From: Chthoniobacterales bacterium
GTDB taxonomy: Bacteria > Verrucomicrobiota > Verrucomicrobiia > Chthoniobacterales > JACTMZ01
Length of the DNA stretch: 64,000 nucleotides
Assembly (NCBI GenBank): GCA_014879535.1
Contig: JACSRX010000029.1
Span: forward strand, 17,902-81,901
Direction of reading: 5' to 3'
Numbering within the stretch: position 1 is the stretch's first letter; each line of letters begins with the position of its first letter. Positions 61,871 to 64,000 of this stretch are shown here, in pieces. The notes below the pieces were generated by a model, which had not been told where the DNA came from, ran no database searches, and was given only the letters and a program-made list of their open reading frames with translations. Position numbers and translations under genes: made by a program.

Positions 61871-64000
61871 ATGCGATATCCATCAATGCTCCGCCTGGCG
61901 CTGCTTGGCGTCGCGCTCTGCACCAGCCCCGTCCACGCCGCTCCAGACGAAAAAAGTGCGGCGGACATGGGCGAAATCGCCCGCACCGTGGCCCGCATGC
62001 TCGAAAGTGCGCACTACAATCGTCAGCGCCTGAACGACGAGATCACCCCCGGCGTCACTCAGGCACGCCAAGCGCTCGACAGGTATTTGGAGACGCTTGA
62101 TTACAACCGCCTGTTCTTCACCCAGGCCGACATCGATGAATTTGTCCGGCTCCACGGCGAGGGCATCCAGGACGACATCATGCTCGGCAACCTGGAACCG
62201 GCCTACAAAATCTACGACAGGTTCTTGCAGCGGGTCGCCGAGCGGGTCGGCAAGATCAAAGTCGCACTTGAACAAGACCTCGATTTTGACAGCAACCGCG
62301 TCGCCCAGATCAACCGCGACAAGCTGCCATGGCCCGCCGACGAAGCGGAGGCGGACAAGATCTGGTCCACCCGCATCGAGGCTGAGGTCCTCCAGGCAAC
62401 CTTGGCCGAAAAGGCGCTCGAAGAGGCGGCAGCCAAGAAAAAGAAGAGCGGCGATGCCGCCCCTGACAATGCGGCTTCCGCATTGCCCAAGCGCACGCCC
62501 AAGGAGCAGGTCCTCCGCCGTTACGAGCGCCTCCTCAAATCCCTGCGCGAGGAGACCCGCGAGGACCATGCCAACACCTTCCTGACCGCCCTGACCCAGA
62601 GCTACGACCCGCACTCGGACTACATGAGCCAGCGCGCGCTGGACAACTTCAACATCATCATGGGGCTCTCGCTTGTCGGCATCGGCGCCGAGCTTCGCAA
62701 CGAGGATGGCTACGCCAAGATCCAGCGCCTCGTGCCCGGGGGACCGGCCGAACGTGGCGGAAAATTGGCGGTCAACGACCGCATCGTTGCCGTCGCTCAG
62801 GGCAGCGGCGAATTCGAGGATGTCGTGGACATGAAACTCGATCGCGTCGTCGAACGCATCCGCGGAAAGAAGGGCACCACCGTCCGCCTGCAGGTGATCC
62901 CCGCCGCCTCGTCCGATCCGTCGAAACTCGAAGTTGTCACCATCGTCCGTGACGAGGTGAAGCTCAAGGACGAGGAGGCCAAGGCCCAAGTCATTGAGGC
63001 CGCCGATCCGGATGGAAAACAGTCCAAGATCGGATGGATCACGCTGCCGAGCTTCTATGCAAACATGGACCGCCGGGGCGCCCCGAAAAGCACCACGCAG
63101 GATGTGGCCGCCCTGCTCAAGCGACTCAAGCGCGAAGGCATCGAAGGCCTTGTCATCGACCTTCGCAGGGACAGCGGAGGATCACTCGACGAGGCCGTGC
63201 GCCTCACGGGCCTTTTCATCCCCAAGGGGCCCGTTGTCCAGGCCAAGGACACCAACGGCAACATCAATGCCCTGAATGACCCCGACCCCAGCGTCCTTTG
63301 GGATGGACCACTCATCGTGCTGACCAATCGCCTCAGCGCGTCCGCCAGCGAGATCTTTGCCGCCGCACTTCAGGACTATGGCCGGGCCGTCATCGTCGGT
63401 GACGAGCAAACCTTCGGGAAGGGCACCGTGCAGACCCTTCTCGAGGTGGACCGTTTCATGCCCCTCTTTGCGTCCTCGGGCAAGTCCGGGGCCGTCAAAC
63501 TCACCATCCAGAAGTTCTACAGGATCAAGGGCGGCTCCACGCAGCTCCGTGGCGTGAATTCGGACATCGTGCTGCCCTCACTCACCGATCAAGCCGATGT
63601 CGGGGAAGGAGCCCTGAAGAATCCTCTGGATTATGACGAGGTTCCAGCCCGCTCATTCACGGCGATCGGAAGCGTCGGCTCCCTCATCCCCCGTCTGCGA
63701 GCCGCCAGTGCCGCCCGTCTCGCGGTCGACCCCGAATTTTCTTATATCCAGGAGGACCGCGAGCGACTGCGCAAACGGCTCGACGAAAACGCCGTCAGCC
63801 TCAACAAACAGATCCGAATCGAGGAAATCGAACAGGACAAGGCCCGTCGGGAAGCCCGGCTCGCCGAACGGAAGGCGCGTGATCGCCACGAGTTTGCGGC
63901 TGTCGAGGTCACCTTGGACAGCGTCAATGCCCGGGAGTTGCAGAAGGTGTCCCTTGACAAGCCTCCGAAGCGAACCGGGCTCGAGGAGTTCGAGGACGGC
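61871..64000 (+). CDS. prc: S41 tail-specific (C-terminal processing) protease, N-terminal 710 codons (3' end outside window)
   Basis: Not in the ORF track because it has no stop in the window. My own translation from ATG 61871 gives MRYPSMLRLALLGVALCTSPVHA...YLETLDYNRLFFTQADIDEF, then a PDZ-like segment, then LIVLTNRLSASASEIFAAALQDYGRAVIVGDEQTFGKGTVQ (S41 Ser/Lys motifs). The frame stays open to 64000. Confidence 0.85.
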   Translation, partial: MRYPSMLRLALLGVALCTSPVHAAPDEKSAADMGEIARTVARMLESAHYNRQRLNDEITPGVTQARQALDRYLETLDYNRLFFTQADIDEFVRLHGEGIQDDIMLGNLEPAYKIYDRFLQRVAERVGKIKVALEQDLDFDSNRVAQINRDKLPWPADEAEADKIWSTRIEAEVLQATLAEKALEEAAAKKKKSGDAAPDNAASALPKRTPKEQVLRRYERLLKSLREETREDHANTFLTALTQSYDPHSDYMSQRALDNFNIIMGLSLVGIGAELRNEDGYAKIQRLVPGGPAERGGKLAVNDRIVAVAQGSGEFEDVVDMKLDRVVERIRGKKGTTVRLQVIPAASSDPSKLEVVTIVRDEVKLKDEEAKAQVIEAADPDGKQSKIGWITLPSFYANMDRRGAPKSTTQDVAALLKRLKREGIEGLVIDLRRDSGGSLDEAVRLTGLFIPKGPVVQAKDTNGNINALNDPDPSVLWDGPLIVLTNRLSASASEIFAAALQDYGRAVIVGDEQTFGKGTVQTLLEVDRFMPLFASSGKSGAVKLTIQKFYRIKGGSTQLRGVNSDIVLPSLTDQADVGEGALKNPLDYDEVPARSFTAIGSVGSLIPRLRAASAARLAVDPEFSYIQEDRERLRKRLDENAVSLNKQIRIEEIEQDKARREARLAERKARDRHEFAAVEVTLDSVNARELQKVSLDKPPKRTGLEEFEDG

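Overview
GC-rich bacterial chromosomal window (about 60-65% GC, estimated by eye, not computed). Protein styles suggest a Gram-negative of the Verrucomicrobiota/PVC type; this is inference from an autotransporter-associated beta-strand-repeat giant protein, a DUF2723+TPR protein and a DSDNDGLPDWWE-type C-terminal module. Layout: (1) 1-7.3 kb is an envelope lipid-trafficking block. It holds translationally coupled mlaD-mlaC-mlaA, a SYLF lipoprotein, a GH1 lipoprotein, a split PqiA/LetA pair and a six-MCE PqiB/LetB-like protein, followed by an initiator tRNA-Met. (2) 7.6-14.6 kb holds a 1.2k-aa secreted multidomain protein, a SASA-type esterase and a polytopic membrane protein. (3) 14.7-42.3 kb is one uninterrupted minus-strand glycan-biosynthesis super-operon of about 30 genes. 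It runs from a GbsR/MarR-like regulator to an intrinsic terminator. It contains wzx/wzy-like genes, GT4/GT2/GT8/GT26 transferases, five methyltransferases and a 12-kb sub-cluster that looks like a non-canonical CMP-ulosonic/nonulosonic acid pathway. That sub-cluster has a SIS isomerase, a SAF-less NeuB-type synthase, a KdsC-type phosphatase, two cytidylyltransferases, class III and class IV aminotransferases, two SDRs, a TIM-barrel isomerase, a VOC protein and a sialyltransferase-like GT-B. (4) 42.5-64 kb is mostly housekeeping: PhoD-like phosphatase, hppA, DAHP synthase, a DnaQ-like exonuclease, a TerB/FHA-like ABC-G fusion with a coupled HTH-MBL hydrolase, DUF2723/TPR, dnaE, a NUDIX-like protein, GspF/PilC and a partial S41 tail-specific protease. 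Most unusual signals: the hybrid ulosonic-acid pathway; a family of ~28-nt imperfect heptanucleotide (4x7 nt) modules scattered through the glycan locus, including in-frame inside three GT4 genes and abutting start/stop codons; and two C9 homopolymer tracts at the 5' ends of exported-protein genes. No CRISPR array, transposase, integrase or rRNA was seen. Many long ORFs in the track are antisense shadow ORFs typical of GC-rich DNA and are not called.
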